NCBI GenBank assembly: GCA_050950765.1
Contig: JBMNIF010000001.1
Coordinates: 479,885 to 543,884, forward strand
DNA from: Bdellovibrionota bacterium
GTDB taxonomy: Bacteria; Bdellovibrionota_C; UBA2361; JAAYZI01
Direction of reading: 5' to 3'
DNA length: 64,000 nt
The position numbers and the translations under genes were made by a program. This document shows, one piece after another, positions 30,703-40,752 of this stretch (its first letter is position 1; every line of letters starts with the position of its first letter). The notes beneath the pieces were generated by a model. That model searched no databases. It saw only the letters and a program-made list of their open reading frames with translations, and was not told the origin of the DNA.

Positions 30703-31659
30703 ATGCCCAAACACTTACTTGGTATTCAACACTTGTCGCTTGAGGAGTTGTACGTTTTCCTTAATAATGCGCAGAACTTTGTTGAAGTTTCCGAACGGGA
30801 TATTAAGAAAGTCCCGACCTTACGGGGAAAGACCATAGTTAATATGTTTCTTGAGCCTAGTACAAGGACTCGAACGAGTTTTGAGATCGCAGGAAAGAGG
30901 CTTTCTGGTGATGTTGTAAATGTTAGTGCAAGTGGTAGCTCTCTTACTAAGGGAGAGAGCCTTTTAGATATGGGGCGTGCCATTCAGGCTATGTCTCCCG
31001 ATATCTTGGTCGTGCGTCATAAAGCGACGGGTGCGCCACATTTTTTTGCGCACTATCTTAAATCTGTTTCAGTTGTTAATGCTGGGGATGGCATGAATGA
31101 ACATCCTACGCAGGCCTTACTTGATCTTTTGAGTTTGAGGCAACGCTTTCAAGGACGAAAACACGGCATTGAAAAATTACGAATTGCTATCGTCGGTGAT
31201 GTCAGGCATTCACGTGTGGCGAGAAGTAATGTCTGGGCGCATAAATTATTAGGTAATGAAGTTAATCTTGTAGGTCCAAATACATTAGTACCGAGAGAAT
31301 TGGGAGAGCCGAGTTGTTTCGGAGAGGGAACTGTTAAACTTTATTCAAATTTAGTTGAAGGGATCGAAGGAGCAGATGTCGTAATGTGTTTGAGGATGCA
31401 GTTGGAGCGTATGCAAAATAATTTTGTTCCGACCCTAGAAGAGTATTCTAACGAATTCTTTATAACGGAAAAGCTACTTTCTAAATATGCGCCGACTGCG
31501 GTTGTTATGCACCCAGGTCCAATCAATCGTGGTGTTGAGGTGGAGACAGACCTGATTGATGGTGAGCGTTCTTTGGTTGAACAGCAGGTAAGAAACGGTG
31601 TGGCGGTTAGAATGGCGGTGTTATTTGCTTTGGCAACTGGTGTGAAGGAGATAAAATAA
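30703..31659 (+). CDS. pyrB: Aspartate carbamoyltransferase catalytic subunit
   Basis: EPSTRTRTSFE, HPTQALLD, HSRVARS, MHPGPINRG. Confidence 0.98.
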   Translation: MPKHLLGIQHLSLEELYVFLNNAQNFVEVSERDIKKVPTLRGKTIVNMFLEPSTRTRTSFEIAGKRLSGDVVNVSASGSSLTKGESLLDMGRAIQAMSPDILVVRHKATGAPHFFAHYLKSVSVVNAGDGMNEHPTQALLDLLSLRQRFQGRKHGIEKLRIAIVGDVRHSRVARSNVWAHKLLGNEVNLVGPNTLVPRELGEPSCFGEGTVKLYSNLVEGIEGADVVMCLRMQLERMQNNFVPTLEEYSNEFFITEKLLSKYAPTAVVMHPGPINRGVEVETDLIDGERSLVEQQVRNGVAVRMAVLFALATGVKEIK

Positions 31660-32948
31660 TGATCTTAATTAAGAATGGAAAGGTAATAGATCCTGCAACC
31701 GCAAAAGAAGGCGAGTTTGATGTTCTGATTGAAGGAGATAAGATTAAGGATCTTCAAAAAAGAGGCGTTATCCCTGATACCTCTGCTGAAAAGATAATTG
31801 ATGCAAAAGGTAAATTAGTAGTGCCAGGATTGATAGATCTGCACGTGCACCTTAGAGAGCCAGGCTTTGAGTGGAAAGAGACGGTAGCAACAGGTGCTAG
31901 AGCAGCTGTTGCAGGTGGCTTTACCTCTATCTGCTGTATGCCTAATACCTCTCCGACTAACGATTGTGCTGAAGTAACAAAAGCTATCCTTGAAAAAGCA
32001 GAGCTAGCTAAGGCAGCTAAAGTGCTTCCGCTTGGTGCTGTTTCAATAGCAAGAAAAGGGGAGAAGATGGCACCTTTTTCGGAGCTCTTTAAAGCAGGTT
32101 GCGTGGCGTTTTCTGATGATGGTAGCCCTATTTATAATGCTGGTTTGATGCGGCGTGCGCTGGAGTGGTGTTTGATGTTGGGTGCTAGAATTCACTGTCA
32201 TGAAGAAGACCTCTCTCTAAGCTCGGCAGGGGTGATGAATGAATCTGCGCTATCTATGAGGATCGGTCTGCGCGGTTGGGCTGCGGTAGCAGAAGAGGTT
32301 ATGATAGCACGAGATATTGAGTTGGCACGTTATGTAAAAGGGAAAGTTCATATCTGTCATATTTCAACAGCACGTGGCGTTGAGTTGGTGCGACGAGCAA
32401 AGAATGATGGGATTGATGTAACGGCTGAAGTAACTCCGCATCACTTAGTACTAACAGAAGAAGCTGTCGCCAACTATGATGTTATGGCAAAGATGTCACC
32501 ACCACTTAGGGAGATGGCTGATGTTGAAGCTTTACGCGATGGTTTAAAAGACGGAACTATTGATGCAGTTGCTAGTGATCATGCACCGCATGAGGCAGAC
32601 TCTAAAATTATGGATTTTGAATCTGCTTCGATGGGGGTGATCGGTTTGCAAAGTACACTACCACTTCTTTTAGAGTTTGCAGCAGATGGGGTCTTACCCC
32701 TCTCCAGAGTTATTGAAGCTATGACTGCAGCTCCTGCTAAAGTTTTAGGACGTTCTCTCGGATCTTTAAAGATCGGTCAGGCAGCAGATATCACCATTAT
32801 CGATCCGAATTACAAATGGTCTTATTCTAAAGATGTGATTCTTTCGAAGAGTTACAATTCGCCATTTTTAAGTAGGACCATGAAAGGGATCGCTGATACG
32901 GTTCTGATTGATGGACGAATTGTGTTAGCGGATAAAAAGATGATCTAG
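31659..32948 (+). CDS. pyrC: Dihydroorotase
   Basis: DLHVHLREPG, MPNT, EVTPHH, SDHAPH. Confidence 0.97.
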   Translation: MILIKNGKVIDPATAKEGEFDVLIEGDKIKDLQKRGVIPDTSAEKIIDAKGKLVVPGLIDLHVHLREPGFEWKETVATGARAAVAGGFTSICCMPNTSPTNDCAEVTKAILEKAELAKAAKVLPLGAVSIARKGEKMAPFSELFKAGCVAFSDDGSPIYNAGLMRRALEWCLMLGARIHCHEEDLSLSSAGVMNESALSMRIGLRGWAAVAEEVMIARDIELARYVKGKVHICHISTARGVELVRRAKNDGIDVTAEVTPHHLVLTEEAVANYDVMAKMSPPLREMADVEALRDGLKDGTIDAVASDHAPHEADSKIMDFESASMGVIGLQSTLPLLLEFAADGVLPLSRVIEAMTAAPAKVLGRSLGSLKIGQAADITIIDPNYKWSYSKDVILSKSYNSPFLSRTMKGIADTVLIDGRIVLADKKMI

Positions 32949-32958
32949 AAAAGTAGTG

Positions 32959-32985
32959 GGCGACTTAAGTAGTCGCCTTTATTTT
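32959..32985 (+). terminator. Intra-operon hairpin between pyrC and carA
   Basis: GGCGACT-TAAGT-AGTCGCC followed by TTTATTTT. Confidence 0.45.
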
Positions 32986-32999
32986 AAGTTGGGATAATT

Positions 33000-34160
33000 A
33001 TGAGAAAAGCTAAACTAGGCTTGGCAGATGGGACGGTCTTCAGTGGCTATGCTTTCGGTGCTGATGCCGATATAGATAGCCCCGCCATTGGAGAGGTTGT
33101 TTTTAATACTTCAATGTATGGCTATCAAGAAATAGTAACGGATGCCAGCTACGCTGGACAGATGGTGTGTTTTACCTATCCGCATATCGGGAATTGCGGT
33201 TGTAATTCTCAAGATATGGAGAGTCCGAAGGTGCAGGTTCGAGGTGTTATTATTAAAAACCTTTCTGTTATCCCATCCAATTTTAGATCTGAAGAGAGCT
33301 TTGATGCTTTTTTAAACCGTTTTGGGGTAATGGGGATCTGCGATGTTGATACCCGTTCGCTTGTAAAGCATATTAGAGATTACGGCGTTCAGATGGGAGC
33401 TATGGCAGCAGGTGCGGATATCGATGAAGAGAGATTGATTCAAGTTGCCAAAAACGCTAAGCCTCTTGAGGGGATTAAACTGGCTGCGGAGGTTTCATGT
33501 TTAGAACCGTTCGGTTGGGAAGAGTCGGCTTGGAGTTTGGCAGATAATGCTTATAAAAAAATTCCGCAAAATAAATTGTGGGCACGTCCTCATCTTGTAG
33601 TTATAGACTGTGGTGTTAGGCGTAATATTTTACGGTTACTTTTACAGGTTGGTTTTAGGGTGACGGTGGTTCCTGCTGATTATACGGCAGAAAAGATTAT
33701 GGCGCTTACCCCTGATGCTGTTTTTATTTCAAATGGTCCAGGGGATCCGACGGCGTGGGGTGGAACGATAGTTACCGTTAAGGAACTTATCGGTCATTTG
33801 CCTATGTTCGGAATCTGCTTAGGACATCAGATTATGGCGTTAGCCGCAGGAGCAAAAACTTATAAATTAAAGTTCGGGCATCACGGTGCTAATCACCCTG
33901 TACTTAACTTAAAATCAAAAAATGTTGAAATTACGGCGCAAAGTCACGGATTTAGTGTTGATCCTAAATCTTTGCCGCAAGGGGTCTCTGTTACACATAT
34001 AAATCTTAATGATCAAACGATTGAGGGCTTAGAGCTCCCTGACTCAAAAGCGTTTTCTATTCAATATTATCCAGAAACGGCTGCGGGGGCGCGTGATGCA
34101 GAGTATCCTTTTAATAAATTTTTTGAATTGGTGGTCGGATATAAGAGAGATGCAGCTTAA
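33000..34160 (+). CDS. carA: Carbamoyl-phosphate synthase small subunit (catalytic His replaced)
   Basis: GEVVFNTSMYGYQE, SNGPGDP, GICLGHQ, FGHHGANHPV; QYYPE in place of QYHPE. Confidence 0.96.
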   Translation: MRKAKLGLADGTVFSGYAFGADADIDSPAIGEVVFNTSMYGYQEIVTDASYAGQMVCFTYPHIGNCGCNSQDMESPKVQVRGVIIKNLSVIPSNFRSEESFDAFLNRFGVMGICDVDTRSLVKHIRDYGVQMGAMAAGADIDEERLIQVAKNAKPLEGIKLAAEVSCLEPFGWEESAWSLADNAYKKIPQNKLWARPHLVVIDCGVRRNILRLLLQVGFRVTVVPADYTAEKIMALTPDAVFISNGPGDPTAWGGTIVTVKELIGHLPMFGICLGHQIMALAAGAKTYKLKFGHHGANHPVLNLKSKNVEITAQSHGFSVDPKSLPQGVSVTHINLNDQTIEGLELPDSKAFSIQYYPETAAGARDAEYPFNKFFELVVGYKRDAA

Positions 34161-34221
34161 AGAGTAGGAGAGAGGGCAGATTTAAGAGATAGGTTTTTAT
34201 ATATTTGAGTGAGTAATACTT

Positions 34222-37200
34222 ATGCCAAAGAGAGAGGATCTAAATTCAGTATTGATAATCGGTTCTGGGCCGATTCGAATCGGTCAAGCCTGCGAGTTTG
34301 ATTATTCTGGTACGCAAGCTATTAAAGCTTTGAAGGAGGAGGGGATAAAAGTCATCTTGGTTAATTCCAATCCTGCCACGATTATGACTGATCCCGAGTT
34401 TGCAGATAAAACATATATTGAGCCGATAACTGCGGAGTTTGTTGAAGAGATCATAAAGAGAGAGCGTCCCGACGCTATTCTTTCCACAATGGGTGGGCAA
34501 GTTGCTTTAAATACCTCTTTGGAGTTGGCAGAAAAAGGTGTCCTTGAAAAGTATAATTGTAAGTTGATTGGAGCAAACGTTGAGGCGATTAAAACAGCGG
34601 AAGATCGGGAGCTTTTTAAGGAAGCTATGGATGAGATCGGTTTGGAATCTGCTAAGAGTGAGATTGTTCATTCCGTAGATGAAGCGATAGCAGCAGCAGA
34701 TAAGATCGGATATCCCGTAATCTTACGCCCCTCACGTACTTTAGGTGGAACCGGAGGATCTGTTGCGAATACTCCTGAAGAATTACCACGTAAAGCAGCT
34801 TATGCTCTTAGTTGTAGCCCCAATCACGAAGTTCTGATTGAAGAGTCTTTACTCGGTTGGAAAGAGATCGAATTGGAGGTGATGCGTGATAGAAAAGACA
34901 ATGTTGTAATGGTGTGTACGATTGAGAATTTTGATCCGATGGGGGTGCACACAGGTGATTCTATAACGGTGGCTCCAGCGCAAACCTTAACACAGAAGGA
35001 GTATCAGTTATTGCGTGACGGCGCTATGAAGGTTATGCGTCGAATTGGGGTTGATTCTGGTGGGTCGAATGTGCAGTTTGCAGTAGATCCTAAGAGTGGG
35101 CGCATGGTAGTGATTGAGATGAATCCGAGAGTTTCAAGAAGCTCAGCCTTAGCATCAAAAGCTACGGGTTTTCCGATCGCTAAAATATCAACGAAGTTGG
35201 CGATCGGTTATACTTTGGATGAACTCTCTAATGATATTACAAAAGATACCTCTGCCTGTTTTGAACCTTCAATCGATTATATTGTGGTCAAAGTGCCGCG
35301 CTTTAATTTTGAAAAATTCCCTTTAGCAGATGATACTTTAGGGACACAGATGAAGTCTATCGGAGAGGTTATGTCTTTCGGTAGAAATTTTCGTGAAGCT
35401 TTACAAAAAGCGATCTGTTCAATGGAGCAGAGCGTTTATGGTTTTGATAAAGGAAAGTTGGTTAATGGCTTAAGCTCTGCGGAGATTTTAGAATCGTGTA
35501 AAAGACGATCTCCGAAACAGTTGTGGTTGGTTGGTGAAGCGTTAAGAGCAGGTTGTAAAGTTGAGGATATCTTTAATGTAACTAAAATTGATCCTTGGTT
35601 TCTTGCAGAATTAAATGAAATTATCCTTGAAGAGAAGGCTATTAGTGGTAAAAAAATAACTGATCTTGATAGGGAGACCCTTTTAAAACTTAAAAGATCT
35701 GGTTTTTCGGATCTTAGGTTAGCTGTTTTATTAGGATGCTCGGAAAGTGATGTCAGGAATAAACGAAGAGAATTTAAGATTAAGCCGAGCTATTTAAGTG
35801 TAGATACCTGTGCCGCAGAGTTTGAGGGGCATACCCCGTACCTTTATTCTTCATACGCTGGGGGTGATGATGCGCCGCCTACTGACAAACGTAAGATTAT
35901 AATCTTAGGTTCTGGACCTAATCGAATCGGACAAGGGATAGAGTTTGATTATTGTTGTGTGCACGCCGTGATGGCGTTAGCTGAAGATGGTTATGAAACT
36001 ATTATGGTCAACTGCAATCCGGAAACTGTTTCAACGGATTATGATATCAGTGATCGTTTATACTTTGAACCGCTAACTTTTGAATCTGTGATGTCGATAG
36101 TTGAGCGTGAAAGACCTGAAGGTGTGATCGTACAGTTCGGCGGTCAGACACCGCTACGTCTTGCGAATGCGTTGCAAGCAGCAGGGGTGCCTATTATAGG
36201 CACTTCCGTAGAGTCTATCGATCTGGCTGAAGATAGAAAAAGTTTTAATGTTTTAATTGATCGTTTAGGTTTGAGACAACCACCAGGGACAACGGCAAGT
36301 TCGTGGGAAGAGGCGCGAGAGGCTTCTAAAAAGATCGGTTTCCCGTTGATGATTCGACCTTCATTTGTCTTGGGCGGACGCGCTATGCGGGTAATTCATA
36401 ATGAAGAGGAGTTGCACAGTTATATCTTAGAAGGTGTTGAAGTCTCTAACGACAGACCGGTTTTGTTAGACCACTATCTTTCAAACGCTATTGAAGTTGA
36501 TCTCGATCTTGTTTCTGATGGGGAAGAGGTCGTGATAGCGGGAGTGATGGAACATATTGAACGTGCCGGTGTGCATTCTGGGGATAGTTCATGTTCATTA
36601 CCACCGATAACTTTACGTCGTACTACGGTTGATGAGTTAAAGAGGCAAGCGGTGGTTCTTGCTAAAGAGTTAAAGGTGGTTGGTTTGATGAATGTTCAAT
36701 TTGCTGTGACGCGAGATGGCTTAATCTATATTTTAGAGGCTAATCCGCGAGCTTCCAGAACGGTACCGTTCGTTAGTAAAGCGACAGGTCTACCGTGGGC
36801 GAAGATTGCAGCACGCTTAATGGCTGGTCAAAAGATTAAAGATCTGGGAGTTCATGAGGTCATCCCGCAGGGGCAATATGCTATAAAAGCCTGTGTTTTT
36901 CCGTTTGATCGCTTTAGTGGTGTGGATACAGTCTTGGGACCTGAGATGAAATCAACAGGTGAAGTTATGGGACGGCATCATGATTTTGCAGGAGCTTTTG
37001 CGAAATCTCAGGTGGCTGCTGGTATAAAATTGCCGTTAACGGGTACGGCGTTATTAAGTATCGCCGACGATGAAAAATCAGAGATGTTGGAAGTTGCTGA
37101 AGATCTTGTTGAGTTGGGTTTTAAATTAGTTGCCACTTCAGGTACGGCGAATTACCTTAAGGAGCGTGGATTTCATGTTGAGGTAATTAATAAAGTGAGG

Positions 37201-37431
37201 GATGGCTCTCCTCATATAGTTGATGTTTTAGGAGCGGGTAAGATAGATCTCGTTATAAATACTCCGGAAGGATCTCAACCTTTATTAGATTCGCGCCCGA
37301 TACGTCTTGTGGCGGGGGAGCTGCGTGTGCCGACCTATACTACCCTTGCCGCCGCAGGAGCTGCTGTAAAGGCGATCAAGATCTTTAGAGCAGATCAGGT
37401 CTTGGAGGTCTCTCCACTCCAAAGATCATAA
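34222..37431 (+). CDS. carB: Carbamoyl-phosphate synthase large subunit
   Basis: [35 protein letters not shown], second ATP-grasp half, C-terminal MGS domain. Confidence 0.98.
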   Translation: MPKREDLNSVLIIGSGPIRIGQACEFDYSGTQAIKALKEEGIKVILVNSNPATIMTDPEFADKTYIEPITAEFVEEIIKRERPDAILSTMGGQVALNTSLELAEKGVLEKYNCKLIGANVEAIKTAEDRELFKEAMDEIGLESAKSEIVHSVDEAIAAADKIGYPVILRPSRTLGGTGGSVANTPEELPRKAAYALSCSPNHEVLIEESLLGWKEIELEVMRDRKDNVVMVCTIENFDPMGVHTGDSITVAPAQTLTQKEYQLLRDGAMKVMRRIGVDSGGSNVQFAVDPKSGRMVVIEMNPRVSRSSALASKATGFPIAKISTKLAIGYTLDELSNDITKDTSACFEPSIDYIVVKVPRFNFEKFPLADDTLGTQMKSIGEVMSFGRNFREALQKAICSMEQSVYGFDKGKLVNGLSSAEILESCKRRSPKQLWLVGEALRAGCKVEDIFNVTKIDPWFLAELNEIILEEKAISGKKITDLDRETLLKLKRSGFSDLRLAVLLGCSESDVRNKRREFKIKPSYLSVDTCAAEFEGHTPYLYSSYAGGDDAPPTDKRKIIILGSGPNRIGQGIEFDYCCVHAVMALAEDGYETIMVNCNPETVSTDYDISDRLYFEPLTFESVMSIVERERPEGVIVQFGGQTPLRLANALQAAGVPIIGTSVESIDLAEDRKSFNVLIDRLGLRQPPGTTASSWEEAREASKKIGFPLMIRPSFVLGGRAMRVIHNEEELHSYILEGVEVSNDRPVLLDHYLSNAIEVDLDLVSDGEEVVIAGVMEHIERAGVHSGDSSCSLPPITLRRTTVDELKRQAVVLAKELKVVGLMNVQFAVTRDGLIYILEANPRASRTVPFVSKATGLPWAKIAARLMAGQKIKDLGVHEVIPQGQYAIKACVFPFDRFSGVDTVLGPEMKSTGEVMGRHHDFAGAFAKSQVAAGIKLPLTGTALLSIADDEKSEMLEVAEDLVELGFKLVATSGTANYLKERGFHVEVINKVRDGSPHIVDVLGAGKIDLVINTPEGSQPLLDSRPIRLVAGELRVPTYTTLAAAGAAVKAIKIFRADQVLEVSPLQRS

Positions 37432-37443
37432 ATTAAGGATCAT

Positions 37444-37846
37444 AAAAAGGACACCCACCTTTTACCTCCGTAGAAAACTAGCTGACTCGTTTTGTAGTAT
37501 CAGCCCGTTCAGCCGTCCTTAGAGGGTGCTGTCCCTGAAGGGTGGCACCAGATTTTCCAGATTTTTAACCGCTGTCAAGATTTGATTGATCTGCCCGATC
37601 TGAAGGGTGGCACCAAATTTTTGACCTCCGTGAAGACCTAGCCGATCCGTTTTGTAGTATCAGCCCGTTCAGCCGTCCCTGAAGGGTGGCACCAAATTTT
37701 TAACCTCCGTGAAGACCTAGCTGACTTGTTTTGCAGTATCAGCCCGTTCAGCCGTCCCTGAAGGGTGGCACCAAATTTTTCCGTGAAGACCTAGCCGATC
37801 CGCTTTGCAGTATCAGCCCGTTCAGCCGTCACTAAAGGGTGGCAGT
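37444..37846 (+). repeat. Mosaic repeat array 1 (GGGTGGCACC core, ~79-bp tandem units)
   Basis: Cores at 37540, 37605, 37684, 37763, degenerate at 37837; opens with AAAAAGGACACCCA at 37444. Confidence 0.95.
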
Positions 37847-37889
37847 AATATTACCCTGCGATATTTTCTTTTTTGCGGTTCTTGGGGGC

Positions 37890-39305
37890 TTACATATACC
37901 CCAAGCTTTGCAGCTCTTTAACGATTTCCGGTGCTACTACCTCTTGCTCTCTATCAGGGGAGGTTTTGAAAGAGGTATAAATATCAGATATCTTCTGTTT
38001 TAACTCCGCTTGCTTCGGGTCGCCGTCTTTTAAAATGTTGTGTAATTCAAAGGGATCTTTTTTTAAGTCGTAAAATTCATCTTTTTCACTGTTACTTGAT
38101 GAATATATATATTTAAAGCGATTGTCCTGAATGGCGTATTTGTTTTTGGACGGCCATCCTTTACGCTTTCCCCCATCTTTTGGACGTCTTTGAGAGAAGC
38201 GTACGTCATTAGCTGCTAACGGTTTATCATCAACAAATAAAGTATAAAAAGATCTACCGTCTGATCTATAATTATCGGGTAGTTTTAAATCCAAGAGATC
38301 CGCTAATGTCGTAAGAAGATCCACTGTGCTGACAGGTGTCTTAATCCGACGTTTTTGAAACTGTTTTTCCCCAGCGATATAAAAAAGTAGGGGGATCCTT
38401 AACTGCTCTTGATAGAGGTTTTTTTCATGAAGTAGATAGTTATGATTTCCTAAGCCCTCTCCGTGATCTGATAGGATCACCCATAAAGTATTACCACTGA
38501 AGTTTTTTTCGGAAACAAAGCGGAATAGATCTGAAATTGTATCGTCAACATATGATAGCCCTAGATCGTAACTACTAAGTTGTTGAAACATCAACTCTTC
38601 TGAAGGAAAGAGCTTAGGGTCTATCTTTTGTTGATCAATCCAGTAAGACATTTTTTGAGGATCTGGTTTTTGAGCGATCTGATCTTGATACCTCTTTGGT
38701 AAGCGCCTCAAGAAATACCAATTGTGAACATCAAAAAGGTGAAGCCATAGAAAGAAGCGCTCTTCAGTATGTACCGTTGTTAACCAATCTTTAGCACGTT
38801 TAAGCATAGTATCTGCATATTGAGAACTACCTTTAGGATCTCCCTTAACGTAGGTGTCAGATTGTACACGACTTTTATACACAAATGTCGTATCAGCTGG
38901 AAATCCTGTTGCGCCATTTAAAAACTTTGTAGCAGTAAAAGCCTGCCCTTTGATGCCGTTTGCTTGTAACAAGTTGAAAATAGAAAATTTATCAGAGCTT
39001 AATTTTAAGCCATTTTTTACTACACCGTGATTGGAGGGGTATAGACCCGTGAACATTGTTGTATGAGAAGGTGCTGTTTGACTGGAGGCAGTAATAGCAT
39101 CATCAAAAACTACTCCGTTTTCTGAAAGTTTTGTTAAAAAAGGAGATGTTTCAAAGGGATACCCGTATAACGAAACGCGGTCCCTACGTAAAGTATCAAT
39201 GGTGATAAAAATCACATTATCTACCTTTAACTGCTCCTTATGCGCCGTTGTTGGTTTGCAGCCAGAAAATAAAAAAATACAAGATAGAATAATAAGTATC
39301 CTCAC
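37890..39305 (-). CDS. Sulfatase-like hydrolase/transferase lipoprotein (alkaline phosphatase superfamily)
   Basis: Lipobox LFSG|C; NVIFITIDTLRRD, QTAPSHTTMFTGLYP, SDHGE, YDLKKDPFE, LQSLGY. Confidence 0.9.
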   Translation of the reverse strand: MRILIILSCIFLFSGCKPTTAHKEQLKVDNVIFITIDTLRRDRVSLYGYPFETSPFLTKLSENGVVFDDAITASSQTAPSHTTMFTGLYPSNHGVVKNGLKLSSDKFSIFNLLQANGIKGQAFTATKFLNGATGFPADTTFVYKSRVQSDTYVKGDPKGSSQYADTMLKRAKDWLTTVHTEERFFLWLHLFDVHNWYFLRRLPKRYQDQIAQKPDPQKMSYWIDQQKIDPKLFPSEELMFQQLSSYDLGLSYVDDTISDLFRFVSEKNFSGNTLWVILSDHGEGLGNHNYLLHEKNLYQEQLRIPLLFYIAGEKQFQKRRIKTPVSTVDLLTTLADLLDLKLPDNYRSDGRSFYTLFVDDKPLAANDVRFSQRRPKDGGKRKGWPSKNKYAIQDNRFKYIYSSSNSEKDEFYDLKKDPFELHNILKDGDPKQAELKQKISDIYTSFKTSPDREQEVVAPEIVKELQSLGYM

Positions 39306-39346
39306 AACTTTTCCTCCATAATCAATAAACAGAAGATATCTCTACT

Positions 39347-40737
39347 TCATAAATCATAAAAAGGACACCCACTTTTTACCTCCGTCCAGACCTAGCCGAT
39401 CCGTTTTGTAGTATCACCCCGTTCAAGCGTCCCTGAAGGGATCCTTAGCTGAAGGGTGGCACCAAATCCAAAGCTCCTTAACTAAAAGAAGGGTGGCACC
39501 AACGCTTCCAATTAGGACACCCACCCTTAACCTCCGTAAAGACCTAGCTGACTTGTTTTGCAGTTGCAGCCCGTTCAGCCGTCCCTGAAGGGTGGCACCA
39601 AATTCCAAACCTTAAGATTTTTGCTAACATCCTGATATCATTGGTAGCCCTAAAGGGTGGCACCAAATGACCAAATCCTAGTTTTCTGTTAACAGCTTGA
39701 TATTATTAGCAGCCCATCTTAACTAAAAGAAGGGTGGCACCAAAACCTAGCCTCCGTCCCTAGTGGGTGGCACCAAAAGACCAAATCCTAGTTTTCTGTT
39801 AACAGCTTGATATTATTAGCAGCCCATCTTAACTAAAAGAAGGGTGGCACCAAAACCTAGCCTCCAAATGCTAGCCAAACGAGCTGCAAATCTGAAGGGT
39901 GGCACCAGATCCAAAGCCGTAATTAGGACACCCACTTTTTACCTCCGTCCAGATCTAGCCGATCCGTTTTGTACTATCACCCCGTTCAGCCGTCCCTGAA
40001 GGGATCGTTCGTCCCTGAAGGGTGGCACCAAATTCCCAAATCCTAGTTTTCTGTTAACAGCTTGATATTATTAGCAGCCCACCTTAACTAAAAGAAGGGT
40101 GGCACCAGATCCAAAGCCGCCTTAACTAAAAGAAGGGTGGCACCAGATCCAAAGCCGCCAAATGCTACCCAAACGAGCTGCAAATCTAAAGGGTGGCACC
40201 AAAACCAAGCCTCATAAATCATAAAAAGGACACCCACTTTTTACCTCCGTCCAGACCTAGCCGATCCGTTTTGTAGTATCACCCCGTTCAAGCGTCCCTG
40301 AAGGGATCCTTAGCTGAAGGGTGGCACCAAATCCAAAGCTCCTTAACTAAAAGAAGGGTGGCACCAAATTTCCGTAAAAACCTAGCTGACTTGTTTTGCA
40401 GTTGCAGCCCGTTCAGCCGTCCCTGAAGGGATCGTTAACTGAAGGGTGGCACCAAATTCCCAAATCCTAGTTTTCTGTTAACAGCTTGATATTATTAGCA
40501 GCCCACCTTAACTAAAAGAAGGGTGGCACCAAAACCTAGCCTCCAAATGCTAGCCAAACGAGCTGCAAATCTGAAGGGTGGCACCAGATCCAAAGCCCCG
40601 TCCAGAGCTAGCCGATCTGTTTTGCCGTTGCAGCCTGTTCAGCCGTCCCTGAAGGGTGGCACCAGATTTTTGGGTGTCCTTTTTTTAAACAAGTGCTATG
40701 GTTCGTTGATAGGGGTGGATTTTGGGTGTCCTTTTTT
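39347..40737 (+). repeat. Mosaic repeat array 2 (18 co-oriented GGGTGGCACC cores, reshuffled linker modules)
   Basis: Cores at 39454, 39491, 39590, 39655, 39732, 39765, 39842, 39897, 40020, 40097, 40135, 40191, 40319, 40356, 40444, 40521, 40576, 40654; AGGACACCC at 39362, 39514, 39925, 40227 and inverted at 40672, 40724. Confidence 0.97.
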
Positions 40738-40752
40738 AATAAGTGATTAAAG

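Noticed and set aside
37444..40737. CRISPR array
   Set aside because: Constant part is only 10-13 bp, linkers vary from about 23 to 118 bp and recur rather than being unique; no cas genes in the window.
39347..40737. Integron attC cassette array
   Set aside because: No paired RYYYAAC/GTTRRRY boxes, no cassette ORFs, no integrase.
39423..40750. ORFs 39423-39608 (-) and 40523-40750 (+)
   Set aside because: Chance translations of the repeat modules; unit lengths do not keep a frame.
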